A stretch of DNA of 64,000 nt from Octopus vulgaris (Eukaryota): NCBI GenBank assembly GCA_951406725.2, contig OX597815.1, positions 208,816,001-208,880,000 of the forward strand. The letters are read 5' to 3'. A program made the position numbers and the translations under genes. Below, one piece after another: positions 37,518 through 50,425 of this stretch; the stretch's first letter is position 1, and every line of letters starts with the position of its first letter. Under the pieces are notes generated by a model. That model did not search any database, had not been told where the DNA came from, and saw nothing but the letters and a program-made list of their open reading frames with translations.

Positions 37518-37735
37518 ATGTGTTTGTGTGTCTGTGTTTGTCCCCCTAGCATTGCTTGACAACCAATGCTGGTGTGTTTACGTCCCTGTCACTTAGCGGC
37601 TCGGCAAAAGAGACCGATAGAATAAGTACTGGGCTTACAAAATAGTAAGTCCCGGGGTCGATTTGCTCGACTAAATGCGGTGCTCCAGCATGGCTGCAGT
37701 CAAATGACTGAAACAAGTAAAAGAGAGTAAAGAGT
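37311..37735 (+). mobile_element. SINE family A
   Basis: Match with a small deletion after the B box. Confidence 0.88.
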
Positions 37736-38744
37736 AATTTGAAGTTGCTTTTTAATCCCAAATTAGCCTCATTGAGAGATCATATGCTACACAAAGAACT
37801 GGGCAAATGAAGAATCCTGTTCACCAGCATTTCTTAACCATGTCTTAGGAAGGCCCACATAAGTATTACAAATATCATCAGCATCATCATCATCATCACC
37901 AACATCTGATTTCTATGCTGGTATGAGTTGAACAGTTGAACAAGCTGACTATGCCACACTCCAAAATCTGCTTTGGCATGGTTCTTACTGCTGGATACTC
38001 TCCCTGACACCAACCACTTAACAGAATGTACTAGATATATATCGTTATTAATTCATTTGTTTCTCTGTTTCATAAAGTAACGTTTTCACAATGGACTGCC
38101 TTTGAAAGATTTTAGCTCTGCTAAATACATTAGCAGCCAGACATGAGGTTTTGGGCTGAGTCCTACTTCATAGTGCGTTATGTATGTGTCTTCTAAAAGA
38201 GACTACATTCATCTAATGTCATATTAAAAAAAAATTTAATCAGCAGAAATTGTACAGAAGCTCATGCTTTGTGTGTGTAATCTCTCCATCCCACCATTTG
38301 ATCGCATCTTTGTTTGTTTACATTGAAGCTTACCAGAAAAGTTAATCAGTTATGGGGCTAACATTGTTCTTTACTGCTTTCATCAGGTCATCTGCTGCAT
38401 TCATAGACATGTGGATTAAGTTAGCTCTTAGTTGAAAAACAAATAAGTGTTAGAGGAATTGCATCTGGATGTAAAGCAATGCCTCAATAATATATCTATT
38501 TAATGAACCCAAGCTGCCATGGAAAAATAAATGCATAAGTGAATGAATGAAAGAATGTGTTTTTGTCTGTGTTTATATTTGTCTGGCTGTGTCTGGTAAC
38601 TCAGCCGTTGTACAAATGAATATCAGTAAATTGTCAGACCTAAGTTCAGGGATCAATCAGCCCCCAAATGTAGTCCAGTAATTGAAAGCTAGTCAAAGAA
38701 CAAAACTGTTGGTTGATATGATGGAAGTGTGGATGACTGGCCCT

Positions 38745-39068
38745 CCATGTCGGTGGCACATAAAAGCCACCATTCGACCGTGATCGTTACCAGTGTCGCC
38801 TTACTGGCACTTGTGTCGGTGGCTCGTGAAAAAACATTTGAGCGAAGTCGTTGCCAGTACCGCCCTACAGGCCCCCGTGCTGGTGGCACGTAAAGCGCCC
38901 GCTACACTGTCGGAGTGGTTGGCATTAGGAAGGGCATCAAGCTGTAGAATCTCTGCCAAATCAAGATTGGAGCCTGGTGCAGCCATCTGGTTTGCCAGTC
39001 CTCAGTCGAATCGTCCAACCCATGCTAGCATGGAAAGCGGACGTTAAATGATGATGATGATGATGATG
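38745..39068 (+). mobile_element. Family B retroposon
   Basis: Three GGCAC(G/A)TAAA-type units, AGGAAGGGCATC motif, (GAT)n tail. Confidence 0.85.
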
Positions 39069-39089
39069 AAAAACTATTGCTTAATTTAA

Positions 39090-39531
39090 CCCTTTAACAT
39101 TGCGGTTATTCTGTTAAATATACTACTGTTTTTTCAAATTCTTTTGAATTAATCTTGCATTACCTTATAGCTTTGAGGTTTCAATGATGTGATTGTTCAT
39201 TTTTAGAATGTTAACCCTTTAGTGTTCTGATTATTCTATCAAACATAATGCTTATTGATTCCCATTGATTTGAATTAATCATGCATTATCTCATATCTTC
39301 AAGATCTTGATGGTGTAATTACTTAATGTAGAATAACATTGTAGGGTAGGTGTGAGAGCCTAGATCTGGTCAGTTTGAACATAAAACAGATTAAATATTT
39401 TGGCCGGATATGGCCGGTTTAAATACTAAAGGGTTAATGTAGGTTAGGTGTGAGAGGTTAGACAGTCAGTTTGAATGTGGAAACATGTAGAATATTTGAG
39501 CAGGACTTGGCCTGTTTAAAATGCTTAAGGG
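39090..39531. mobile_element. piggyBac-type MITE nested in a copy of itself (inner copy 39215-39433)
   Basis: Inner copy is bounded by TTAA at 39211-39214 and 39434-39437; the outer halves are collinear with intact copies. Confidence 0.8.
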
Positions 39532-39965
39532 TCAATGTATAGTCTCAAATAGTTGCTCTTTAGTGGGGATCTGTCAGATGAGTGTAAAATATGATTATTT
39601 GTCACATATCACATTGGAAATAGTAATCAAAATACTAATAAAATACTAAGCAACCACACAACTAATCAATGTGTGATTAAAGCCAACAATCTACTTCTGA
39701 CCCTTTTTCTTGTTTAACCTTTTTTGATTTGATACCAGACCACTTGAGCTTGACTATGATTCTATGATACAAGCTTCCTGTTTTAAAGTGTTCTAAATTA
39801 AAACTCTCAATCAAAATTTCATACTAATTAGTGTGCTAAGCACTAGCTTAACAATGACAGAGTTATTTTACTAAATTTACTATCACCTTTAAATTACGGA
39901 GATGTACTTTCATAGCAAGTGACCTGATCTGCTGCATCTCAGTTTTGGGCTGAGATGCAGCATGG

Positions 39966-40151
39966 AATTTTGTCAGTGAACAGGTCGCAGTCTCAAAGCA
40001 ACGAAAATATTTTGACAAATAAAATTTAATTTTGTCAGTGAACAGGTCGCAGTCTCAAAGCAACGAAAATATTTTGACAAATAAAATTTAATTTTGTCAG
40101 TGAACAGGTCGCAGTCTCAAAGCAACGAAAATATTTTGACAAATAAAATTT
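39966..40151. repeat. Perfect 62-bp tandem triplication
   Basis: AATTTTGTCAGTGAACAGGTCGCAGTCTCAAAGCAACGAAAATATTTTGACAAATAAAATTT x3. Confidence 0.92.
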
Positions 40152-40192
40152 AAATGTTGAAGTGAATCTGACGGATTTTGTGTGTTTCTTAA

Positions 40193-40415
40193 CCCTTTAG
40201 CATTCAGATTTATTTGTGAAATTTATTGCTTATTTAATTCATACTGTTTTGAATTAATCACATATTATTTTGCAACCTCAAAATTTAAATGGTGTGGCTA
40301 TATATATTTTTAAAATGACATTGTAGGGTAGGTGTGAGAGGTTGGATCCAGACAGTTTTAACATAAAACAGGTGGAATATTTGAGATGGTTATGGCCGGA
40401 TTAAATGCTAAAGGG
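40193..40415. mobile_element. piggyBac-type MITE family 1 with TTAA TSD
   Basis: TTAA-CCCTTTAGCATT...AATGCTAAAGGG-TTAA; empty-site paralog at about 1095-1120. Confidence 0.88.
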
Positions 40416-40491
40416 TTAAATGGCTTATAAACACCTTCCACGTTGCAATTGTTTACCTTTGAATAAATTCAAATAAAAGTAGGTTATTTAA

Positions 40492-40719
40492 CCTTCTTGA
40501 TACTAATCTGCCTTAGACTACCCCTGGTTCATTGATACAAACTTACTGTTTTAAACTAACCTTCATTAAAACTTCAAACAGAATATCGTGTTCATTTATG
40601 TTCCAGATACCAGCTTAATAATGACAAATTTAGTTTTGTAAATTCTTCATTATTTTAAAAATTAATTGCAACAAAGATAGTGTATTGTGTATTCGAACAG
40701 AAATATGGTAACAAAAGGG
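40492..40719. mobile_element. piggyBac-type MITE family 2
   Basis: TTAA-flanked; homologous to 14119-14340 in reverse. Confidence 0.72.
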
Positions 40720-40854
40720 TTAAGAATTTGCTTTGATAATTTTAGTTTAAATATTTGTTTATTTACCTTGCTTTGGCCACTTCAAAGAACTTCCATAATT
40801 TCTGGTAATTAGTTCCTTTATTATGCTATCACAGTATTTGAAGGCATACAGAAT

Positions 40855-41255
40855 ACTCTCTCTTTACTCTTTTACTCTTTTACTTGTTTCAGTCATTTGA
40901 CCGTGGCCATGCTGGAGCACCGCCTTTAGTCGAGAAAATCGACCCAGGGACTTATTCTTTGTAAGCCCAGTACTTATTCTATCGGTCTCTTTTGCCGAAC
41001 CGCTAAGTGACGGGGACGTAAACACACCAGCATCGGTTGTCAAGCAATGCTAGGGAGACAAACACAGACACACAAATAGACACATACATATATATATACA
41101 TATATACGACAGGCTTCTTTCAGTTTCCGTCTACCAAATCCACTCACAAGGCATTGGTCGGCCCGAGGCTATAGTAGAAGACACTTGCCCGAGGTGCCAT
41201 GCAGTGGGACTGAACCCGGAACCATGTGGTTGGTTAGAAAGCTACTCCTGCGCCT
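40855..41255 (-). mobile_element. SINE family A
   Basis: Near full-length match. Confidence 0.9.
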
Positions 41256-42045
41256 ATTCATTCATTGTCATATTTAGTAGAAGTTTCCTTGTATGTATGT
41301 TCTTTTCATGGATACAAAATTTCATATCCTGCACAATCACCAATTTTTATCTTGAGAGTAATGTAAAAAAAAACAAAAAAAAAAAAACTGTTGACCCTTT
41401 CATGGACTTTGTGCCATTTGTAGTATGTATTCCAACATAATTTCTTTACTTTATATTACAAGAATTTCCTTGAATCATTGACTTGAAGCTTTTGTTAGAG
41501 TGCCAAATAACTAATTAGAGTTTCATTAATTTTCTTTGGTAATTAATTAAGAATGACTTTGTAGAAATGAGATTGAAAATAGAGGCAATTATTGAACACT
41601 AATATAATGTTGCGTGACATTCGGGTAGAGTTGTTGGAATGATAAAAGTGTTGAGATGGGCTGATGTCACTTCTGTTTCTCACTTAGTGTATCTCATTGT
41701 ACAGGAACATGTAATCCCAGTCATTAGTGAAGTAGCTCCATTATTAAGCTTAACAGAAGTAAAATGCTGCTTTAGAGAAGGAGTGATGGCAACAGTAAGA
41801 TATTGTGTTCTTTCGGTGGATGACACAAAACTGGCAGAAAGAATCCTAGTATATTCTGTACGAGAGAGAGAGTGTTTAAGTCCAAGATGGATAAATAGTG
41901 GAACTGATAAGATTAACCCTTTATTTTTATTTATTTTTTTTTTTATCTAGTTTCAGCTTACGAGCTGTGGCCATGCTGGGGCACCGCCATTTTTTATCAA
42001 ATATTATTCATATTCTATCAATAGTAACGCTTATTTATTCACATT

Positions 42046-42360
42046 GTTAAGTTAAGTTAAGTTAAGTTAATTTTTGGGCTCAAAAAGCAAAAAGCAAGGC
42101 CATGTAGGGGGACATGGAGTTATGTACAGGGTGGTGTTCATGCAAAGAGTTCAGGCCATTTGTGGTCAAGGGAGACTTTTAACCGAGCGGTCATCGGCAT
42201 CTTCACTATCTCGTCCGGCAGCTTATTCCACAGATCCGCAACCCGGACGGAGAAAGCCCCTCTCCTTCGATTGAGGTGAAATTGTCGCAGATAGAGCTTT
42301 TCGGAGTGACCCCGCAGCCGACGCTCTGGAGCAGGAGTGAAGAACAGCTCTTTCGAGAGG
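42046..42360 (-). mobile_element. CR1-clade LINE 3' end inserted in a MITE
   Basis: Reverse copy of 14488-14794 with (CTTAA)n tail; splits a family 1 MITE at CACATTG|TTTTGAATT. Confidence 0.85.
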
Positions 42361-43209
42361 TTTTGAATTAATCGTGTGTTATCTTCTAGCTTTGCTATTT
42401 TGATGTTGTGATTGTTTATTTTGGGAATAATCTTGTAGGGGTTAATGTGAAAGATCAGATCCGGCCAGTTTGAAATTAAAGCAGGTGGAATATTTGGCCA
42501 GATATGACCAGTTTAAATGCTGAAAGTTTAAGTCTAAGTCTATGAATGGTTGGATCAGAATTAGGCTTGAATTCAGACAGTGATTTAGTCTTCTGGTCAA
42601 ACATTATATTCCATAAACCCCTTTTTGTTCATCTCATATTCTGTAAGTAAATGCACTAAAGTAGTGAGGGAGACACTGACAGTAATTTCTCTGGGCTTCA
42701 TCATTTAGTTTGCCAGACTCTGTGAAACAACACCTAAAGATAGTCTGACACTTCTCAGTTATTCAGCTGGAGGTTAGTTACTCGTTAGTACTTTGCTAAG
42801 CTATTATTTAGTACCTTCCGGATTGAAAACTTTCTGAATATACATGAATATAGAGGAACCAGAAGCCATGCATTCATTGCAAACATTGTACAAACAAAAG
42901 GCTTTTAATGGATTGGAAACAAAAGAAAAGCATATCCAGGATACATTGGGGTATCTAAGTGCAACAGAAGCCATGAACTGCAGACGATATCTGCATGACT
43001 CTTCTTCATGAAATTTCATTTGCTGAGTCTAGAGGCAGAGTCAGTGCCTATGACCCTTGTAAGCCTTCTGAAACTCGTGAGAATGATGCTGTTAATGTTT
43101 CATTTATCCTTTAGCATTCAGATTACTCTGTCAAATATATTATTTATTTATTCACATTGTTTTGAATTAATCATGGATTATCTCATAGCTTTGGGATTTT
43201 GATGATATG

Positions 43210-43589
43210 ATGCCAGCGCTGAGATGATATGATGCCGATGCCAGCGCTGCCTCAACTGGCTCCAGTGCCGGTGGCACATAAAAAGCACCATCCGAACGTG
43301 GCCGATGCCAGCGCCGTCTTGGTTGGCTTCCGTGCCAGTGGCACGTTAAAAGCACCAGCCGATCATGGCCGATGCCAGACTCCCCCTGGCACCTGTGCAG
43401 GTGGCACGTAAAAAGCACCCACTACACTCGTGGAGTGGTTGGCGTTAGGAAGGGCATCCAGCTGTAGAAACTCTGCCAAATCAGACTGGAGCCTGGTGCA
43501 GCCTCCTGGCTTCCCAGACCCCGGTCAAATCGTCCAACCCGTGCTAGCGCGGAAAACGGACGTTAAACGATGATGATGATGATGATGAT
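43210..43589 (+). mobile_element. Family B retroposon inserted in a family 1 MITE
   Basis: Three internal units plus (GAT)n; MITE halves at 43107-43205 and 43590-43700. Confidence 0.85.
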
Positions 43590-44124
43590 AGTATATTTTT
43601 TGAATGACATTGTAAAGAGGTGCTCTGAGGTTAGAACTGGCCAGTCTGGATATAAAACAGAATATTTGGGTTGGATAAAGCCAGTTTAAATACTAAAGGG
43701 TGCAACACATGCAGGAATGACATGATCCATAAGGAGAAGAGACTAGGGGTCTGGTTTTGTGAGGATGAAGGATTAGAGCATGATGTATAGTGTGGGGGAG
43801 AGGGTGATTTAGATAAGAGGTGGATAGAAGAGTGGGTCAGCTGAGCCTGAGTGGTGGAAGTATGTGAACAGCTTCCTTCAGTGAACAGAAGCCATTAGGG
43901 TAACAATAGATAAGACAGAGAGAAGAGACGGCTCATCTATGGAGGGGAGGCTGAAGTGTGTATCCTTGTGATTGAGTGCCAATTAGCATATTGGTTTTTC
44001 TGTGGTTGCATTATAGCATGTCAGTCTGCATAGCAGCAGCATTGTCCCAAGTGAGGACTCCAGAGCATAAAGGACCAATATCTGCCCAGTCATTTGGACT
44101 TTTCAGAAAAGTTTGGTGATTTAA

Positions 44125-44345
44125 CCCTTTCGTTACTGTATTTATTTTGAGATGTTCTGTGTTTCTTTCAATAATTTTAAATATAAAAAAGAATTTAGTA
44201 AAATAACTTAGTTATCAATAAGCTAGTGTTGGGAACATAAATTGTGACTAAGGTTTGGTGGAAGATTTTGATTACAACATTATGAAAACAAGACATTTGT
44301 ATTACAGAGCCAGAGCTGGTTTCAGCTGGGTTAGTAATGAAAGGG
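44125..44345. mobile_element. piggyBac-type MITE family 2
   Basis: TTAA-CCCTTTCGTTAC...GTAATGAAAGGG-TTAA. Confidence 0.82.
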
Positions 44346-45140
44346 TTAAGCCAAGATTATTGTGAAAGAGCTGAACAGGACAGACAAATGATAGGTAAAA
44401 CTTTCTTAATGCTGGAACTTTCAGCGGAGCTCTAGTTAGCCTCCCTCTAGAAAACTCCAACGAAGCATCTTATATGTTAAATTATGATGTCTTGTGTTTA
44501 TTTTAATTATAGGTTTTTGAGAATCTAATGCAGTACGTTCTACTAAACTTTTATACTCAAATAAACTGACTAAAACAACCATATATAGTGTGGCTGTTTT
44601 AATGTCACATAATTTATTGATAGCATTAATGATTTTATTGTTTTTGTGTCGAAGTAACAGATCATTAATTAGTTAGAGCTGATAAGCAAAACTGATTGTG
44701 TATTTGGAATCAGCACCTCAATTATGCGCAAGAAATAAGCCTCACCATCAAGGCTGCACCGTTTTCTGTTTTGCTTTCGCTGTGTAATTTAAGTAGAGTT
44801 AGGAAAGCAACAGGTGTTGAAACATTAGCTAATGTAGTCGATTCATCACTAGCTTCATTGGTATGCATACATAGTGTGAACGGATGATGTAGTTCTTGTG
44901 AAAATGTACAAATTTGATGAGTTTAACCATAGAATGCTGAGGAAGTTGATTGACAATGTTGTTACCTAAAAATGTAAGGAGACTACGATTATCACACATA
45001 GAAAGATGACATATTGCCTGGCCTTTTGTAACTGATGCCAAGCTAGAAGTACAAGGTATTAAATCAATAATGAGAATCAACTCCTCTACTCAGATTAAAT
45101 GTTAACATCTATTAATGGAAGCCAACTTGTCTCATGTGTG

Positions 45141-45175
<35 letters not shown>

Positions 45176-46679
45176 ATCCTGTGTTGTTAGAAAACTGCTC
45201 TCACATGGCTAAGAGTTGTTTTGACTCTTATTTCTAGCAATGCTGTTGCTGACTATCACCCTCCATCACTTTCAGTTGTAATTTGCGGATAACCACCTTA
45301 ATAATTTATATAGGAAGGGCATCCAGCTGTAGAAACATTGCCACATAAGACTGGAGCCTGGTGCAGCCTTCTGGCTTCCCAGATCCCCGGTTGAAGCATC
45401 CAACCCATGCTAGCATGGAGAACGGACGTTAAACGATGATGATGATGATGATGATGATATACACACACAAAATAATTTTATAAATATCATCATCATTGTC
45501 ATTGTTTAACGTCCGCTTTCCATGCTAGCATGGATTGGACTATAATTATAAAATTATAAGAAGGACAACTACTGAGTAATGCCACATGCTAGAAGACGCC
45601 AAATGACTCTAAAACTACCTTATTCAGCCATGGGCTGAAAGTAAGGGAATGAACAAAAATGATTTTTTTAAAAGTCTTCTTTTGTTCACTCTCTCGCTTT
45701 CAGCCCGTGTCTATGTGATGAATAAGGTAGTTTTAGAGCCATTTGGCATCTTCTGCCACGTGGCATTACTCAGTAGTTGTCCTTATCATAATTTAATAAT
45801 TATATTTATTTTTATGTGTTTCATGTGCTCTAGGGCATGCCAGACAGTTTTTTTAAACACATTTGGTGTCCTTGCACAATCTTCAGGCACTGCCCATATG
45901 ACATATATACCATATCCATTCACAAGGCTTTTGTCAGGCCAGGGCTATAGTAGAAGACACTTGCCAAAGGTGCCACACAGTGGTACTGAACCTAAAACCT
46001 TGTGGTTGGGGAGCAAACATCTTTACCACACAGCCATGCCTGTACTTTATGTATATTCCGAAAGTGTTCCTTTCTGTGTAATTATTTTTTCTAACCATTA
46101 CTATTTTAATAATAGTATTTATATACTTATTGAAATAATTTCATATTGTATAATTTTAAGCTTTGACCTGTTTTAAAATGTAGATAAACCTATTTGTTTA
46201 TAATTTTCACTGGTGTATTTATTAATAGTTCCAACTGACTAACGATTATTTATTTTATTTTTATAAAATATCTGTTTATTATGTATAAGTAGAACTGTAT
46301 GCTGTTCGAGGTTAAAAAGTCTCCACCACTGGGGAAGAAGGAAAAAAAAATGCTCATAGTTCTATGTGTGCATATTGTTTCATAAAATTGGTTTTGGAAT
46401 TGGATTTCTGCTAAATTTGATGTCATTTTATATGTTCTGTAGACTGTTGAGTTTTAATATGTAATGTGTACACGCACCTGTTTACGTACACCTGTATGTG
46501 TGTACACACCTCCCCACACTTGTCTGTTTTGTATACATAAAAGAAGCAGTCACATTTATTACACCATGCATTATATTACGTATTATGTGTGTGTATGAGA
46601 GAGAAAGAGAGAGAGAGGTGTAGATATATGTATATAGCCATTGCATATCTGCAATGTTATATTATATATGCATGCATAC

Positions 46680-46683
46680 TTAC

Positions 46684-46718
<35 letters not shown>

Positions 46719-46959
46719 TGTATGTATGTATGTATGTATATATATGTATGTATGTATGTATATATGTATGTATGTATATATATATATATATGTATGTATA
46801 TATATATGTATGTAAATATATATGTATGTATATATATATGTATGTATATATATATGTGTATATATATATGTATGTATATATATATGTATATATATATATG
46901 TATGTATATATATATGTATATATATATGTATATATATATATGTATGTATATATATATGT

Positions 46960-47000
<41 letters not shown>

Positions 47001-47116
47001 TATATATATATGTATGTATATATATATGTATATATATATATGTATATATATATGTGTATATATATATATGTATATATATATATTTATGTATATATATATA
47101 TGTGTATATATTTATG

Positions 47117-47152
<36 letters not shown>

Positions 47153-47376
47153 TGTGTATATATATGTGTATATATATATATATGTGTATATATATGTGTA
47201 TATATATGTGTATATATATATATATGTGTATATATATGTGTATATATATATGTATGTGTATATATATATGTATGTGTATATATATGTATGTGTATATATA
47301 TGTATGTGTATATATATGTATGTGAATGTATATATATGTGTGTGTATATGTATGTATGTATGTATGTATGTATATG
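46680..47376. repeat. About 700-bp TA/TATG/TG compound microsatellite
   Basis: Direct reading; source of the spurious 332/248/167-aa ORFs. Confidence 0.97.
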
Positions 47377-48252
47377 GCAGCTATTGATTGGTTACCATCT
47401 AAATGTGGCCGATGACCATAGACCAACCATAGTTACGTTACCATTCAAAGCTCACCCTCTGCTTGTAGAGGTAAGCCCAACAAGAGCATATATTAATAAA
47501 GAACGTTCTCATCACTTCTCACATGAAAAGAATGTTACTTCAGCTTTTGTATTCATTTTGATATTCATTTATTTGATTTGTGATTAGGTGATGCACTTTT
47601 CGCTCTTTTTTATCTTTTTCTTTTTTTGTGATGTCTGTCGTTAGATGACTAACATTATTATCAACATTTTTGGAATAAATTCATGTTTGTACACACTCCA
47701 TACTTTCTGAGTCTATAAAGGTATTTTCTCTTGGTAGTATATTAAAAGAAAAAAGAAAGGAAAAAAAAAACTGAATTGCCTTTTATCAGTGTTATTTTAT
47801 GTGGTAAATCTCTAAAATATATGATAGTAGTTTGATCTGATGCAATTGTTTTTGCTTTTTATCAACCTATTTATTTCATACTGAGAACAATAGAGTGACA
47901 GACTTGGTTGCTTATATGGAATATATTACAATAGTATGTCTCTCTCTGTGTGAGCATCATGTGTATGTGTGTTCACATATACACATACATACACACACAA
48001 ACACACATAAACTCACTCACATGCAGAACTGCTGTGTGCAAAATAAGTGTTATGGTTTTACCAAATCCATCATACTAGAGACAGGCTTAGAAAAAAGGAA
48101 CTGAGAAGCTGAGAGGGTGAAAGGATTATATCAAAGAATGGACTGACATGAACTTCACCAACTCTCGAAAGACAATAGAAAATTAGGGTCTGTAGAATGT
48201 TGGTCTGTTGGTGCTTGCCATTACTCCAGTACTTTCATGATCCAAATGACAA

Positions 48253-48618
48253 TCATCATCATCGTTTAACGTCCGTTCTCCATGCTAGCATGGGTTGGAC
48301 GGTTCGACCGGGGATCTGGGAAGCCAGAAGGCTGCACCAGGCTCCAGTCTTATCTGGCAATGTTTCTACAGATGGATGCCCTTCCTAACGCCAACCACTC
48401 CGTGAGTGTAGTGGGTGCTTTTTACGTGCCACCTGCACAGGTGCCAGGCGAGGCTGGCAACGACCACGGTCGGATTGGTGTATTTTATGTGCCACCGGCA
48501 CGAAGCCAGACGAGGCGGTGCTGGCATCGGCCACGAGTCGCATGGTGCTTTTTACGTACCACCAGACCAGGGATCCTGGCTGGTTCAATTCGATTTCGAT
48601 TTCGAATTGAACCAGCCA
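48253..48618 (-). mobile_element. Family B retroposon ending in a perfect 17-bp palindrome
   Basis: (GAT)n tail; TGGCTGGTTCAATTCGA-tttcgatt-TCGAATTGAACCAGCCA at 48577-48618. Confidence 0.85.
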
Positions 48619-48739
48619 TAACAACAATACAACAGCCATAACAACATAACAACAATGATGTTGTTATGTGTACATTCCTTATTGCATGGGGAAATGGAAT
48701 CTTCATTTGGTTACCTGGAATATCCTTACTTGTATTACT

Positions 48740-49137
48740 ATTCTTTTAGTCGTTTCAGTCATTTGACTGCGGCCATGCTGGAGCACTACCTTTTAGTCGA
48801 GGAAATCGACCCCAAGACTTATTCTTTGTACTTATTCTATCGTCTCTTTTGCTGAACCGCTAAGTTACCGGCACGTAAACATACCACCATCGGTTGTCAA
48901 GTGATGTTTGGAGGACAAACATATACACAAGCATACATATATCCTTAAATCCTTAAAATCCTTAAAAATGTTTTAGCCCGAATGCCGCAGGCGTCTTTCA
49001 GTTTCCATCTACCAAATCCACTTGCAAGGTTTTTGTTGGTCCGAGGCTATAGTAGAAGACACATGCCCAAGGTGCCACGCAGTGGGAATGAACCCAGACC
49101 CATTTGGTTGGCAAGCAAGTTACTTACCACACAGCCA
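48740..49137 (-). mobile_element. SINE family A with short retro-tail insertion (about 48942-48988)
   Basis: Family A match; the insert is the reverse complement of about 31303-31340. Confidence 0.8.
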
Positions 49138-49453
49138 AGCAACGCATGTGAGAAGTCAAATGTGACTTACTAGGAATCATATTAAATTTTGGCACGAGGC
49201 CAGCAATTGCAGTACAAGCAGGGTTTAATTGATTACAACAACCCCAGTGCTCAACTGGTACTTATTGTATCAATCTTACGTGAATGATAAACAAAGCTGA
49301 CCTTAGTGAAATTTGGACTCATAAACATGCTACTGAGCATTTCATGCAATGTGCTAATAATTCCATCAGGTTGCTGCCTTTGTGATTACTAGCCATGAAA
49401 CCTGATATTGTTTTTGAAAAGTTTGACAAAATATTATTTGTTGATGAAGAATT

Positions 49454-49848
49454 ATCATCATCATCATCATCATCATCATCGTTGAACGTCCGTTCTCCAT
49501 GCTAGCATGGGTTGGACGGTTCGACCGGGGATCTGGGAAGCCAGAAAGCTGCACCAGGCTCCAGTCTTATCTGGCAATGTTTCTACAGCTGGATGCCCTT
49601 CCTAACGCCAATCACTCTGTGAGTGTAGTGGGTGCTTTTTACGTGCCACCTGCACTGGTGCCAGGCGAGGCTGGCATCGGCCACGGTCGGATTGGTGCAT
49701 TTTACGTGCCACCTGCACGGAAGCCAGTCGAGGCGGCACTGGCTTCGTCCACGATTCGGATGGTGCCTTTTACGTGCCACCTGCACGGAAGCCAGTCGAG
49801 GCGGCACTGGCTTCGGCCATGATTCAGATGGTGCTTTTTACGTGCCAC
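49454..49848 (-). mobile_element. Family B retroposon (4 internal units)
   Basis: Repeated TTTTACGTGCCACCTGCAC units; (GAT)n tail. Confidence 0.87.
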
Positions 49849-50224
49849 TTAGAACATTTGTACATGTCTCCTACCTTATCTCTGTGGTAAAATACCGGAT
49901 GGAGATCATGATATAAGATTTTACATTTGTTCATCTTTTATCCTTTACTTGGTTTCAGTTATTAGTCTGTGGCCATACTGGGGCACCACCTTGAAGAACT
50001 TCAGTCGAATGAATTGTCCTCAGTGCTTATTCGTTTGTTAAACCTGGAACTGATTCTATCAATCTCCTTTGCTGAACCACTTGTTTCAGGAATGTAAACA
50101 CACAAACACAGGTAGTCAAATGGTTGTGGGGAACAATGAGAGACACACATACACGATGGGCTTCTTTTCAGTTTCCTACTACCAAATCTATTCACAAAGC
50201 TTTACTTGCCCTGAGGCTATAGAA

Positions 50225-50425
50225 CAGTGCTTTTCAAACTTTTTGCTGGAGCGGAACCCCAAGGAAACATTCCACTGGCTCGAGGAACCCCTGTGCAATG
50301 ATTTAATAGTCTTATGCACACATATCTGCACAGGAGAATTAAAAATTACTGCCGATTTTAGCAGTTTTGTAACTTCTTGCGGAACCCCTGGACTGTACTG
50401 GCAGAACCCTTGTTGAAAACCACTG
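50225..50425. mobile_element. hAT-type MITE inserted in an old SINE
   Basis: TIRs CAGTGCTTTTCAA / TTGAAAACCACTG; 8-bp imperfect TSD CTATAGAA / TTATAAAA. Confidence 0.75.

Noticed and set aside
46589-47587. 332-aa and overlapping YI/CM-rich ORFs
   Set aside because: TA/TG microsatellite lacks stop codons; the same applies to ORFs at 2585, 7371, 8787 and 11297.
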